NCBI GenBank assembly: GCA_963668175.1
Contig: OY764159.1
Span: 1,920,001-1,984,000, forward strand
DNA length: 64,000 nucleotides
Reading direction: 5' to 3'
Source of the DNA: Syntrophales bacterium
GTDB taxonomy: Bacteria > Desulfobacterota > Syntrophia > Syntrophales > PHBD01
The translations under genes were made by a program, and so were the position numbers. Below the pieces are notes generated by a model. That model was not told the origin of the DNA and made no database searches. It saw nothing but the letters and a program-made list of their open reading frames with translations. Shown in pieces: positions 19,903 to 29,673 of this stretch. The number at the start of each line of letters is the position of its first letter. The stretch's first letter is position 1.

Positions 19903-20133
19903 ATAGTCTAGTTAAATAGATTTTGGTCAGATGTTTTTTATGAACTTTCTTTTCGATTCGGCCTATTCAACAGTCGTCGCGTCCTATGATCCTCGTACTA
20001 TTTCTCCCCTTGACCCTGCCGGTTTCTTTTTCTATACTCGTGATGTCGGACGAACGATTATCACGCTCGGGGGCCTCTCCGGGGCCTTTCCCCGTATCTT
20101 CAGCTTTCAAAAAGAATGTTTCAGGAGGAAGAT

Positions 20134-20550
20134 ATGCGCAGACTGAAAATGGGATATTTCCTTTTCGTGTTCCTGACGGCGGCCATGCTGACGGGCGGCG
20201 CCGCCTTTGCGGCCACGCTCGATTCCGTCACCATGTGCCAGGGCGTCGAAGGGGCCGAGGGAAATCCCGTCAAGCCTACGGACAAGTTCTGGACGTACAC
20301 CTCTGCGTTCCACGCCGTGGCAAAAATCGTCGATGCGAATACAAGCACGAAGATCGCCGCCAAGTGGATCTCCGAGGACGAGAATGGCAAGGTCATCAGC
20401 ACCGCCGAAATGAGTGTACAGCGGAAAGGCTTCATGAACGCCCATTTCGAGCTGAGCAAGCCCGACAAGGACTGGTCCGCCGGCAAATACAGGATCGATA
20501 TCTATATCGACGGCAAAAAAGCGGGCTCGGCGTCCTTCAACGTCCTGTAA
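20134..20550 (+). CDS. Exported hypothetical protein, beta-sandwich-like
   Basis: Signal peptide ending AFA; WSAGKYRIDIYIDGK; AGGAGG RBS. Confidence 0.75.
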   Translation: MRRLKMGYFLFVFLTAAMLTGGAAFAATLDSVTMCQGVEGAEGNPVKPTDKFWTYTSAFHAVAKIVDANTSTKIAAKWISEDENGKVISTAEMSVQRKGFMNAHFELSKPDKDWSAGKYRIDIYIDGKKAGSASFNVL

Positions 20551-20673
20551 AAGACATCCGCACTCCCGCCCGCGGTCTTCCGTCCGGCGGGATATTCGGA
20601 AGCGGCTTTGAGGCCGGAAGCCGGCAGGGCGGCGTCATCTATCCGTACGCACGATGCCGGCAGAGCCGGCGTC

Positions 20674-21234
20674 ATGGAGGCATGCGATTTGGGCGACGAT
20701 CCGAAGGTTGATACGGGCGAAAAGCCCCTGCACGTTCTTACGTACGATCCCTGGAGAATGGCCTGGCGGTTCCTGTGGCCGACGCTTCCGGGCCTTGTCA
20801 TCTTTTCCCTCGCGGTATTCTATAAATTCCAGGACGATCCGTCCGCGACGATCCTGTTCGTCCAGGGGGCCGGCATTATCCTCCTTGCCGGCACGCTCTA
20901 CATCACCTGCGACATGGCGATGACCGGCGGCTTCTACCTGTACGGCGACAGGATCGTCAAGAGGTACAGGACGGGGCAGGAAAGGAGCATACCCCTGGAC
21001 CGGGCGAAGATCAGCATCACCCAGGCGCAGATGATCGCGCAGATCCTTTTCACTTCCGCCGACAGGCCCAAACTCGTAAGCTACATCAAGGACGTCTACA
21101 TCGATGCGAAACTGGCGAAGCCCGGCGACGTCGCGGCCTTCAAGGACGCCGTGGCCGAGGTCTCCGGTCAGGACCGGCGCGATCTCGACAGGCGGTATTT
21201 CGCGGCGAAACTGATGAAGAAAAGACTCGGGTGA
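20674..21234 (+). CDS. Hypothetical membrane protein (2 TM plus soluble domain)
   Basis: Two hydrophobic helices; host-like codon usage. Confidence 0.65.
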   Translation: MEACDLGDDPKVDTGEKPLHVLTYDPWRMAWRFLWPTLPGLVIFSLAVFYKFQDDPSATILFVQGAGIILLAGTLYITCDMAMTGGFYLYGDRIVKRYRTGQERSIPLDRAKISITQAQMIAQILFTSADRPKLVSYIKDVYIDAKLAKPGDVAAFKDAVAEVSGQDRRDLDRRYFAAKLMKKRLG

Positions 21235-21544
21235 TCGGATCGGCCGCGAAAAGGCCGGCCTTTTCCCAAGCCTCCTCCGTAACGCGCCGGCGGGCGTCCC
21301 CGCGCACCCCTGCCGCCTTCCCGGCCCCATTCCCCGGCCTCTATAAGTTTTTCCTAACCCTTTTCTCAGTCTTTCCGAGGCGCAAAATCGGGATAATACC
21401 GATTGAGCGCCTGAGGGCCGTTCTGTCATGATAGGATACCGAACAGCCGGCAGGAGCCGTGCCTTCGCGAGCCCAAAGGCGTCCGTAACGGGACGTGTGA
21501 GGTCCGGAGGCGCGGTCCGCCGGACTTCTTTCAGGGAGGGAAAG

Positions 21545-22066
21545 ATGAAAAGAACGGCATTGGTCCTTTTCTTTATCATGACGGCCGCCGGCACCTGCGC
21601 GGCGGCAGAATTGTCCATCCCGGTGAACCTGGTGAACGAATATGGTATCGGCGAGAGCATCGGCACCGTGACAGCCTCCGATACGCCGTACGGTCTTCTG
21701 CTTACGCCGCAGCTCCGCGGTCTCGCCCCCGGCTTGCATGGGTTTCACGTCCACCAGAACGCCGATTGCGGCCTTGTCGTGAAGGACGGCAAGGCGGTCG
21801 CCGCGCTCGCCGCCGGTGGGCACTACGACCCGCTGCAGACGGGCAAACATGAAGGCCCATACGGGAAGGGGCATCTGGGCGATCTGCCCGCCCTGTATGT
21901 CGCAGCGGACGGTAAGGCGACGCTGCCGCTGTTGGCTCCGCGGTTGAAGGTTTCCGACCTCAGGGGGAAATCGCTGATGATCCATGCCGGCGGCGACAAC
22001 TATGCCGACGTCCCGGAAGCGCTGGGCGGCGGCGGCGCCCGCGTGGCCTGCGGCCCGATCCGCTGA
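21545..22066 (+). CDS. sodC: Periplasmic Cu/Zn superoxide dismutase
   Basis: Signal peptide; [36 protein letters not shown]. Confidence 0.96.
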   Translation: MKRTALVLFFIMTAAGTCAAAELSIPVNLVNEYGIGESIGTVTASDTPYGLLLTPQLRGLAPGLHGFHVHQNADCGLVVKDGKAVAALAAGGHYDPLQTGKHEGPYGKGHLGDLPALYVAADGKATLPLLAPRLKVSDLRGKSLMIHAGGDNYADVPEALGGGGARVACGPIR

Positions 22067-22288
22067 CGGAACCGGGGCCATATCCCTCCGTCTCCCGCCC
22101 GAAAGTCCTTCTTCGATCGAAATCGTAACATCGCCGGAGCCGTCCTTTATTCCGGACGGATTCCGGCGCGTAAGGACGCGACGGACCCTGCCGTTTCCGG
22201 GTGCCGTATCGGATATATGCTCGTCGCAACCTGGATAAGTATTTAAATGCAGTGCGTTTATCGCGTAATTTCCATCCCTGCCCGTGCC

Positions 22289-22304
22289 TGGCACAGTTAT
22301 TGAA
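22289..22304 (+). promoter_or_regulatory. Sigma-54-like promoter (variant -12)
   Basis: TGGCACAGTTATTGAA about 55 nt before the start codon. Confidence 0.45.
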
Positions 22305-22357
22305 AATCAACTCTTTCAGATGTCGGGTATTATTCTGTGCATGAAAGAGGGTAAAAA

Positions 22358-25156
22358 GTGAGCGGTTACGGGTCCGGGGAACGGACTCTGGTCCGGCGGA
22401 TGTATCATCCCCGTGTAGTAGGTTTGGGGCTTGGATTCTTCTGTGTCGCCTCGGTCTTCTACGAGCAGCCGACGCCGGTCTTATTGTGGGCCGCCCTCTT
22501 CGCCAACGGGTTCGTCTGGCCGCACCTGGCCTTCTACCTGGGAAAAACGAGCGCCAATCCCTACCTTGCCGAGAGGAGGAACGTCATGATCGATTCCTTT
22601 CTCGGCGCACTTTGGCTCCCCCTGATGTCTTTCAACATGCTCCCTTCGGCAACGCTCGTCTTTATGTTGAGTTTAGACAACATCGCCGTAGGCGGTTTCC
22701 GGCTGTTTATCAAGGGCATCCTGGCACAGGCGGCGGGGGCGCTGCTCGCGGTCCTTCTTTTCGGCTTCCATGTCCGCCCGGAATCGAATCTGCTGAACGT
22801 CCTGGCCTGCCTGCCGATGCTGGGCCTGTATCCCCTGCAGATCGGCTACGTCTCCCATCGCCTGGCGCAGAAGCTGAACCGGCAGAAGAAGGAACTGGAA
22901 GGTGTCAACGACGCGCTCCGGGAATCGAATACCAGGCTGACCGGGGCTTACGAAGATCTGCGGGAGGCCGATAGGCGCTACCGGCTCATATCGGAAAACG
23001 CGGGCGACGTCATCTGGCTCTGGGATCTGGCGAACAAGCGCTACGACTACGTGAGCCCTTCCGTTACGAAACTCAACGGTTTCACGGTGGAAGAAGTTAT
23101 GCGGCAGACCATGACCGATGCACTGCCGCCCGAGTCCCTCCGCCTTTTTATCGCGGAGATGGGCCGCCGCTTGCGGGCCCTCGAGGCGGGAGACGAGACC
23201 GCCCGCGCGCAGTCCTACGAGATGATGCATTATCGGAAAGACGGGACACTCGTGCCGACGGAAGTCATGACGACCGTCATCACCGATGCACAGGGCAAGC
23301 CGATACTCATTCAGGGCATGACCAGGGACATCAGCCGCCGCAAGCAGGTGGAGGCGCGGCTCCGGGAAAGCAATGCGCAGCTCGATCTGGCGCTGACGGC
23401 GGCGCGCATGGGGACCTGGTATTTCGATCTTGCGGAAGACAGGCGTTATCTCGACAGGAGGGCATGCGATCTCCTGGGCGTCGATCCGGAAATGTTCCAG
23501 GGGACGGTGGAGGAATTTCTGCAGGTACTGCACCCCGACGACCATAACAAGATCAGGGAGGCCATGGACCGGACCATCAAAGAAGACGTGCCTTACGAGC
23601 TTGAATACCGGATTGTCACGCCCGGCGGCATCCGCCACATCGCCGCCCGCGGCATGCCGGTCCGGGACGGTATGGGGCGGCCGGTACGGGTCAACGGCGT
23701 TCTCTGGGACGTCACGGAACGGAAGCAGACGGAAGACGCCCTCCTCGAGTCGGAAAGAAAGTTCCGGGACCTGTCCGAAAAGTCGAACGTCGGTATCTTC
23801 CTCATGCAGGACGGGTTCTTCAGATACGCAAATGCGGGATTCGCCCGGATCATCGGCTACGAAGTCGCGGATATATTAGACCACCTGACGCCGGCCGACG
23901 TGATGCACCCGGAGGACCTTCCCGTTCTGAACAAGCGCCTGAAAATGAGATTCGATGGGGAAACCATGTCGAACAGCTTTATATACAGAGCGCTCGCCAA
24001 GGGAGGCGAAGTCAGGTACGTCGAGACGTACGGATCGGTCACCTCTTTCCGGGGAAGGCCCGCCGTCATCGGCACCCTCCTCGACGTGACCGACCGCCGG
24101 CGGATGGAGGAGGCCCTCAGGGAAAGCGAAGAGAGATACCGCTCCATCTTCGAGCGTGCGACGGAAGGGATATACCAGAGTACGCCGTCAGGCCGCTTCA
24201 TCCAGGTCAATCCGGCCATGGCCAGGATCTGGGGGTACGGCTCGCCTGCCGAAATGGTCGCCGAAGCCACGGATATCGCGCAGCAGCACTATGTGGATCC
24301 CCGGGACCGGGAGCGGTTCAAAGCCGCGATCGCCGAGCACGGCAGCGTGGAAGGCTTCAAGGTCGAGATCCGCCGCCGGGACGGCGTAAGGATATGGGTA
24401 TCGCTCAACGCCAGGGCGGTTTACGACGATGCGGGCACTCTGGTCTTCTACGAGGGCACGAACGAGGACATCACCGAACAGAAGCTGATGGAGGATATGA
24501 TCAGGGAAAACGAGAGGCGCTACCGTCACCTGGTGGAGAACAGCAACGACATTATCTACACCACGGACCTCGCGGGACGGATTACCTACGTCAACCCCGC
24601 GACGGAACGGATAACGGGCTTCACCGTCTCCCAGTTGCTGGGCAAAAAGGGCCTGAGGATGATCCGGGAGGATTGCCGCGAAGAGGCGTATGTCTTTTAC
24701 AACCGGCAACTTGCGGAGGGTGTTCCCTTCACCTACAATGAATTGCCCGTCATTACCCGGGACGGGACGGAAAAATGGCTGGGACAGCAGGCCCAGATCA
24801 TTTTCGACGGGGAAAAGCCCGCCGGTTTTCAGATGACGGCGCGGGATATCACCGACCGCCTGAAAGCCGAGGACGAGCATCGCCAGCGGGAAAGACTGGG
24901 CGCGATTATCGAGATGGCCGGCGGGGTCTGCCACGAGATGAATCAGCCCCTCCAGATCATCTACGGGTTGTCGGACCTGATGAGGATGCGCACAGCCGAG
25001 GACCATCCTTTTCGCCGTCAGATCATGGCCATCAAAAAAGCCGCTGACAGGATGTCCTCTATTACGAAAAAGCTGACGGGGATTACGAAATACGAGACCA
25101 AGCCCTACGTCGGCAACGTCAGAATCGTCGACATCGACAGATCGTCGGTGAAATAA
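22358..25156 (+). CDS. MASE2-like membrane sensor + multiple PAS + HisKA, with no HATPase domain
   Basis: N-terminus RRMYHPRVVGLGLG..WPHLAF is AdrA-type MASE2; five PAS/PAC repeats; H-box CHEMNQPL; protein ends about 65 aa later. Confidence 0.85.
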   Translation: MSGYGSGERTLVRRMYHPRVVGLGLGFFCVASVFYEQPTPVLLWAALFANGFVWPHLAFYLGKTSANPYLAERRNVMIDSFLGALWLPLMSFNMLPSATLVFMLSLDNIAVGGFRLFIKGILAQAAGALLAVLLFGFHVRPESNLLNVLACLPMLGLYPLQIGYVSHRLAQKLNRQKKELEGVNDALRESNTRLTGAYEDLREADRRYRLISENAGDVIWLWDLANKRYDYVSPSVTKLNGFTVEEVMRQTMTDALPPESLRLFIAEMGRRLRALEAGDETARAQSYEMMHYRKDGTLVPTEVMTTVITDAQGKPILIQGMTRDISRRKQVEARLRESNAQLDLALTAARMGTWYFDLAEDRRYLDRRACDLLGVDPEMFQGTVEEFLQVLHPDDHNKIREAMDRTIKEDVPYELEYRIVTPGGIRHIAARGMPVRDGMGRPVRVNGVLWDVTERKQTEDALLESERKFRDLSEKSNVGIFLMQDGFFRYANAGFARIIGYEVADILDHLTPADVMHPEDLPVLNKRLKMRFDGETMSNSFIYRALAKGGEVRYVETYGSVTSFRGRPAVIGTLLDVTDRRRMEEALRESEERYRSIFERATEGIYQSTPSGRFIQVNPAMARIWGYGSPAEMVAEATDIAQQHYVDPRDRERFKAAIAEHGSVEGFKVEIRRRDGVRIWVSLNARAVYDDAGTLVFYEGTNEDITEQKLMEDMIRENERRYRHLVENSNDIIYTTDLAGRITYVNPATERITGFTVSQLLGKKGLRMIREDCREEAYVFYNRQLAEGVPFTYNELPVITRDGTEKWLGQQAQIIFDGEKPAGFQMTARDITDRLKAEDEHRQRERLGAIIEMAGGVCHEMNQPLQIIYGLSDLMRMRTAEDHPFRRQIMAIKKAADRMSSITKKLTGITKYETKPYVGNVRIVDIDRSSVK

Positions 25157-25402
25157 CCGGGAGAAAACGGATTTCTCTTCGCGAACACGGCCAATCGTTT
25201 ATCGTGTCGTCCTTCCCGCAAACATAACGGCTGCCCGTGTTTCCGGGCTGCGCCGCCGTGACCGGGATTTCTGTTGTGAATTTGCAGCCTTACTGCTTAT
25301 GCCGGCCTGTGTCGTGCGGGAAAAGGCGATTTCCGCAAGGTTTCTTACGGTCATAATGTGAACATTCCGCGAATGGGATTGCGTTTATCTGATCGCGTCG
25401 CC

Positions 25403-25418
25403 TGGCGCACAAATTGCA
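25403..25418 (+). promoter_or_regulatory. Sigma-54 -24/-12 promoter
   Basis: TGGCGCACAAATTGCA, near consensus. Confidence 0.65.
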
Positions 25419-25471
25419 ATTCCGGCCGCCTCTTTTTTAGGCAATAAGCTAAAAAAACAGTCGTGGCGGCG

Positions 25472-25527
25472 TTTATCACAGTCATCAACAGCTTTATCAA
25501 CATAGATATCCACATCCCTGTGGATTG
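25472..25527. promoter_or_regulatory. Cluster of five DnaA-box-like 9-mers
   Basis: TTTATCACA 25472, TCATCAACA 25482, TTATCAACA 25494, ATATCCACA 25506, inverted TGTGGATTG 25519. Confidence 0.5.
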
Positions 25528-25774
25528 AATAACCAAGTCCTTGAGCCGACGACAAAATCGTGGAAACAGAGGCGTGGCCTGCTTCTTTCCCGGCTTCCCG
25601 GAAGCGGCGTTTTGGGCCCGCCATCAGACAAATACCGATAGTCAACTGCCGTCCCCTCCTACGGAAGAAATATTTTTTTTCCCAGTTCAAATTCAGACGG
25701 AAGACGATTGTTAAAAAAAAGCCGGGAGATTAATCTATAATCGAAAGAAGAGGAAAGGAGGCAGCAGGAAGACG

Positions 25775-25927
25775 ATGACAGCAGAAATCATCGGCATCAG
25801 GACCGGCGGAAAAGTTGAGTTCAACCCTCAGGACCACATCCTGGGAAAACACACGGGCGGTCCCCGGCTGCTTCCCCGCGACAATGAAGGTAAACATCCG
25901 GACGGAACATTCATGAAGGCCTTTTAG
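25775..25927 (+). CDS. Micro-ORF A (50 aa)
   Basis: MTAEIIGIRTGGKVEFNPQDHILGKHTGGPRLLPRDNEGKHPDGTFMKAF; AAAGGAGG upstream, TATAAT at 25736. Confidence 0.5.
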   Translation: MTAEIIGIRTGGKVEFNPQDHILGKHTGGPRLLPRDNEGKHPDGTFMKAF

Positions 25928-25942
25928 CGAGGAGCCGTTGTC

Positions 25943-26059
25943 ATGATAAAGGAACGTAAACCGGAAAGAAGAGAACGAGAAGGGAAATACCGGGCCTGCA
26001 AACGCGGCGGAATCTGGATAGACCCGATGAGCTTTCCCCACCTCGAAAAGATGAATTAA
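25943..26059 (+). CDS. Micro-ORF B (38 aa, basic, GGIWIDP)
   Basis: MIKERKPERREREGKYRACKRGGIWIDPMSFPHLEKMN; GAGGAG RBS. Confidence 0.55.
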   Translation: MIKERKPERREREGKYRACKRGGIWIDPMSFPHLEKMN

Positions 26060-26084
26060 CGAACGACAAGAAGGGAGAAGAGCG

Positions 26085-26183
26085 ATGAAAAAGAGAACCG
26101 TAAGGAAGATCGAAAAACCGATCGAAAAGAAAAGAATCAACAAGGGCTGGATCGATCCTACGTGCACGCCGATGGATCTGTAG
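26085..26183 (+). CDS. Micro-ORF C (32 aa, basic, KGWIDP)
   Basis: MKKRTVRKIEKPIEKKRINKGWIDPTCTPMDL; AGGGAG RBS. Confidence 0.55.
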   Translation: MKKRTVRKIEKPIEKKRINKGWIDPTCTPMDL

Positions 26184-26225
26184 GAGCCCAGAAGACTTAA
26201 CGGACACATCATTCAGCCAATGATG

Positions 26226-26268
26226 AAGGGGCGATCGGTAGCGATACTGAAAGCCCCTTTGTTATTTT
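26226..26268 (+). terminator. Terminator-like hairpin closing the micro-ORF unit
   Basis: AAGGGGC..CGGTA-GCGA-TACTG..GCCCCTT followed by a T-rich tail. Confidence 0.55.
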
Positions 26269-26593
26269 AGATGGATTTGCCGGTTCGAACCGGCGCAGCA
26301 GAACATGTTACCCGAATATCCCCGGTGCCAGCAGCCGAAATTCCCGATACACGGGAATCGTTATTGATCGGCGGGGCGTCTTATTTATTCTCCATGATCA
26401 TCTCCGGAAGCGTCTGAGGCCGATTAGGGTTTTTCGCAGGTTTATTTCCGGAAACACCCCATAGAAAACGGCGATTCCCTATTTTACACTGTCTGCGGAA
26501 GGGCTGCCGCTTCCGTGTGCAGGCGTATCCTTGCGAAGAATCGGTTTTGACGGCAGCAGGTACGGCCATGGGCATCAATGGGAGGGGTAGACG

Positions 26594-27703
26594 ATGCATA
26601 GTCAAAAATACCTATTTGAGAGGATGCTGGCCCCTGCCGGCATCAGGATCAACGGCAACGGCCCGGCGGACATTCGGGTCAGGGACGAGAGGTTTTATGC
26701 GCGGTTGCTGCGCTACAAGAATCTGGGCCTCGGCGAATCTTACATGGAAGGGTGGTGGGACTGCCAGCGCCTGGACGAACTGATCTACAGAGTACTGACC
26801 GCAAGGATCGACAAAAAGATCGTAGGGGGCCTGAAGCTCCTTTTCCCGTCAATCGCCGCCGTCTTTCTCAACATGCAGTCGCGGATGCGGGCCTTCGATG
26901 TCGCCGAGCGGCACTACAATCTCGACAACGATCTTTTCATGTCCTTTCTCGATCCTTACAACCAATACAGTTGCGCCTACTTCGACGGCACCGGCGACCT
27001 GAACGAGGCCCAGGTAAAAAAGATGGACCTCATCTGCCGCAAACTCGACCTCAAGGCGAACGACCGCGTGCTCGACATCGGCTGCGGCTGGGGCGGACTG
27101 GCGAAATACATGGCCGAAAAGCGCGGATGCCGCGTGACGGCCGTCAATATATCGGACAGGCAGATCGAATACGCCCGCGAAACTTGCCGAGGGCTGCCCG
27201 TGGAGATCGTCAGGAAGGATTATCGCGATCTCGACGGCTGTTACGACAAGATCGTCTCCGTCGGCATGTTCGAGCACGTGGGGATGAAGAACTACAGGAC
27301 CTTCATGACGGCGGTGCACCGCTGCCTCAACGACGGCGGCATCTTCCTCCTTCACACGATCGGCAATAACGAATCGCGGATCAAGTGCGATCCCTGGATA
27401 CACAAGTATATCTTCCCGAACGGCATGCTGCCCAGTATCGCCCAGATCGGCAAGGCGGCCGAGGGGCTCTTCGTCACGGAAGACCTGCACAACCTGGGGC
27501 CGCACTATGCAAAGACGCTGATGGCCTGGCACGGGAATTTCCAGAAGGCGTGGCCGCAGCTGAAAAGCAAGCACAGCGAAACTTTCAAACGCATGTGGGA
27601 TTTCTACCTGCTGTCCTGCGCCGGGGCCTTCCGGGCGCGCGACATCCAGCTCTGGCAGTGGGTGCTGACCAGGTACGGCACGACCCAGCCCTGCTGCCGA
27701 TGA
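26594..27703 (+). CDS. cfa: Cyclopropane-fatty-acyl-phospholipid synthase
   Basis: LGLGESYMEGWW, YSCAYF, LDIGCGWGG, SVGMFEHVG, DPWIHKYIFPNG, FRARDIQLWQ. Confidence 0.96.
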   Translation: MHSQKYLFERMLAPAGIRINGNGPADIRVRDERFYARLLRYKNLGLGESYMEGWWDCQRLDELIYRVLTARIDKKIVGGLKLLFPSIAAVFLNMQSRMRAFDVAERHYNLDNDLFMSFLDPYNQYSCAYFDGTGDLNEAQVKKMDLICRKLDLKANDRVLDIGCGWGGLAKYMAEKRGCRVTAVNISDRQIEYARETCRGLPVEIVRKDYRDLDGCYDKIVSVGMFEHVGMKNYRTFMTAVHRCLNDGGIFLLHTIGNNESRIKCDPWIHKYIFPNGMLPSIAQIGKAAEGLFVTEDLHNLGPHYAKTLMAWHGNFQKAWPQLKSKHSETFKRMWDFYLLSCAGAFRARDIQLWQWVLTRYGTTQPCCR

Positions 27704-27721
27704 CGAATTTCCATGGAACAT

Positions 27722-27754
27722 AGCGGGCCCTGCATAGGGGCCCGCTTCTTTTTT
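27722..27754 (+). terminator. Intrinsic terminator of cfa
   Basis: AGCGGGCCC-TGCATA-GGGCCCGCT plus T-tract. Confidence 0.8.
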
Positions 27755-27853
27755 CATCTCGCATCCCCCCGGGGCAAAGGCGACGCATCCCGATGCCTCC
27801 CCGTCGCGTTCCATTTTTTCCTGGGTATTTTCATAAAAATCGGGTAGTATCGC

Positions 27854-27908
27854 GCCTGCGTGCCCCCTGCATAGGGGGTTCAAAACCGAGTTTTTCACAA
27901 GCTGTTAG
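27854..27908. repeat. Partial MITE-like copy (right end)
   Basis: Near-identical to 40789-40844: GCCTGCGTGCCCCCTGCATAGGGGGTTCAAAA..GAGTTTTT..CAAGCTGTTAG. Confidence 0.75.
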
Positions 27909-27974
27909 AAGGACCGTTCCGTTCGCGCGGGCGCGGGACCGGGAGACCAAAGACCCAGGGAGGAGCGGGAAGCC

Positions 27975-28346
27975 ATGCAGACGAAACTGCGCACCTGTAT
28001 CGCGTTCATTGCCGGGCGGCTGATCACCGGCCTCGAAGCGACATCCATTTACGACCACGGCCAGGCCAAGTCCGTCCGGTTCGAAGGGCCGGTGGGCGCG
28101 GCCTTCATCAAGGTCTACGACCACGACCGCGAGTGCTATACCAGCGGGGGCAGTGCGGAAGGCACCGTCGAACTGTTCGATTTCGGCTACCAGCACCATA
28201 TCGACCTGCGGACGGACGGCAACGCCTTCGAAGGCTACGAGGACTACACGCCGTCGCTCTTCCGCGGCGAGGTGAACGGCTCCGAGATCTCCTTCTACGA
28301 CGACAACGAATCCAAAACCTTCCTGTTCAGCCTGCGCAAATCCTGA
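27975..28346 (+). CDS. Hypothetical protein (123 aa)
   Basis: GGAGGAG upstream; host-like GC3 bias. Confidence 0.7.
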   Translation: MQTKLRTCIAFIAGRLITGLEATSIYDHGQAKSVRFEGPVGAAFIKVYDHDRECYTSGGSAEGTVELFDFGYQHHIDLRTDGNAFEGYEDYTPSLFRGEVNGSEISFYDDNESKTFLFSLRKS

Positions 28347-28595
28347 AAACCCGGCCGGCTGCGCCGATTCGGGGAAATGGCGGGCAACGGAAAAGCCGGG
28401 GCCTGAAATTAAGGAAGGGCTGAGCAGATAATCTTGCCGTCCGTGGAATTAGGAGATGTCGTCGGAATTACGGGATAATCCAGGAACAGCAACTCACGCA
28501 GAATCCATTCACGTTCAATCGGGAGGCTCAAAAAAGTGACACGCAATATGTCCTCAGCAAAGTGCGGAATTTGCACCCGAAAAAGATGGATAATA

Positions 28596-29480
28596 ATGTC
28601 TATCCTATTTCTGGAAATGGCAATGTTACTAAGCAATCCGTCGAACGTGCGCGCTGATGCGAACAGACCTGAAGAAAAAAAGCTCTACACATACAGCAAT
28701 CGGGAGTTGGCTGCTTTCTTCAAAAACATAGGTTATAAGGATTTTTGGTATAATGATATTAGTATCTCAAGAAATTCAGATGGTACAGTACTAAGATTTG
28801 TCAATAAGGAAAAGAAAAAGATCCTCGTCGCAAATTGCGACGGCTCGATAACTATTATAGACAGCCCGGGGGATCAGGTTTGGCTAGATGACTCAAATAA
28901 GCCTGTCATTTGGTTAACTTGGTCAAGCGATAAAATTTCAGCACATTATGCAAATGGTATGTCGGAAAAGATGCCATTCGCACCGGATTCCGGACATGAT
29001 CCGTCAGGAAGATATTTCATGAAGGATGCACCTGAAAAGCATTGCTATACAACCATTTATTCGACTGAAAGACCGGATATACCACTTATAAAGGTAAATT
29101 TATGTGGTGATACGAGGCTTTTTGTTAAGAATAAAAAAATCTATCTTCTAGGAGAACGCCGTACCGCTGATGACGTGTTCGTAACTGAAGTTCGTATCTT
29201 TCAGGAAAAAGAACGTTTATTAGAACAAGTCGACAGCATCTTTGTCCCTAAACCGGATACATTTTTACTTTACTTCCGCGCCGAAGATTTAAGCCCCTGG
29301 GATGACGAAATCTTGTATTTGGATGTCCATGACTTTCCTTACAGATCAATATGGTATTCCTTCAATTTGAAGACTCGCCAACTGAATAAGGTTAGCAAGG
29401 CTCCTTTTTTTGGTGGCCATGCTTTTTACCTGCAATGTGATATTATTGAACAAGCTCAGAAGAGAGCTGAGGGACATTGA
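28596..29480 (+). CDS. AT-rich exported hypothetical protein
   Basis: Long ORF in an AT-rich patch; signal-like N-terminus ending VRA; start uncertain (28536-28617). Confidence 0.65.
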   Translation: MSILFLEMAMLLSNPSNVRADANRPEEKKLYTYSNRELAAFFKNIGYKDFWYNDISISRNSDGTVLRFVNKEKKKILVANCDGSITIIDSPGDQVWLDDSNKPVIWLTWSSDKISAHYANGMSEKMPFAPDSGHDPSGRYFMKDAPEKHCYTTIYSTERPDIPLIKVNLCGDTRLFVKNKKIYLLGERRTADDVFVTEVRIFQEKERLLEQVDSIFVPKPDTFLLYFRAEDLSPWDDEILYLDVHDFPYRSIWYSFNLKTRQLNKVSKAPFFGGHAFYLQCDIIEQAQKRAEGH

Positions 29481-29673
29481 TTAACAACGTTAACTTGCCT
29501 GACACCCTGTCCCATCTGACTTTCCCCGGATTCAGAGGTACTTAATTATCGACTTCCGAGATCGCGACCTGCAAGTTGTTTTCATGGCTCGTTTCGCGCA
29601 AATAATCGCCGCCCGATAGCCTAAACGATCTTTCGCTTTTTCTTATGCATTATCCTTTCCGCTGTCATTAGCG

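Noticed and set aside
19895..19930. Integron attC sites around the AT-rich genes
   Set aside because: No paired RYYYAAC/GTTRRRY palindromes of suitable length and no integrase.
25730..26212. 160-aa hydrophobic minus-strand ORF
   Set aside because: Hydrophobicity mirrors the purine-rich plus strand; the plus-strand micro-ORFs have the RBSs and the terminator.
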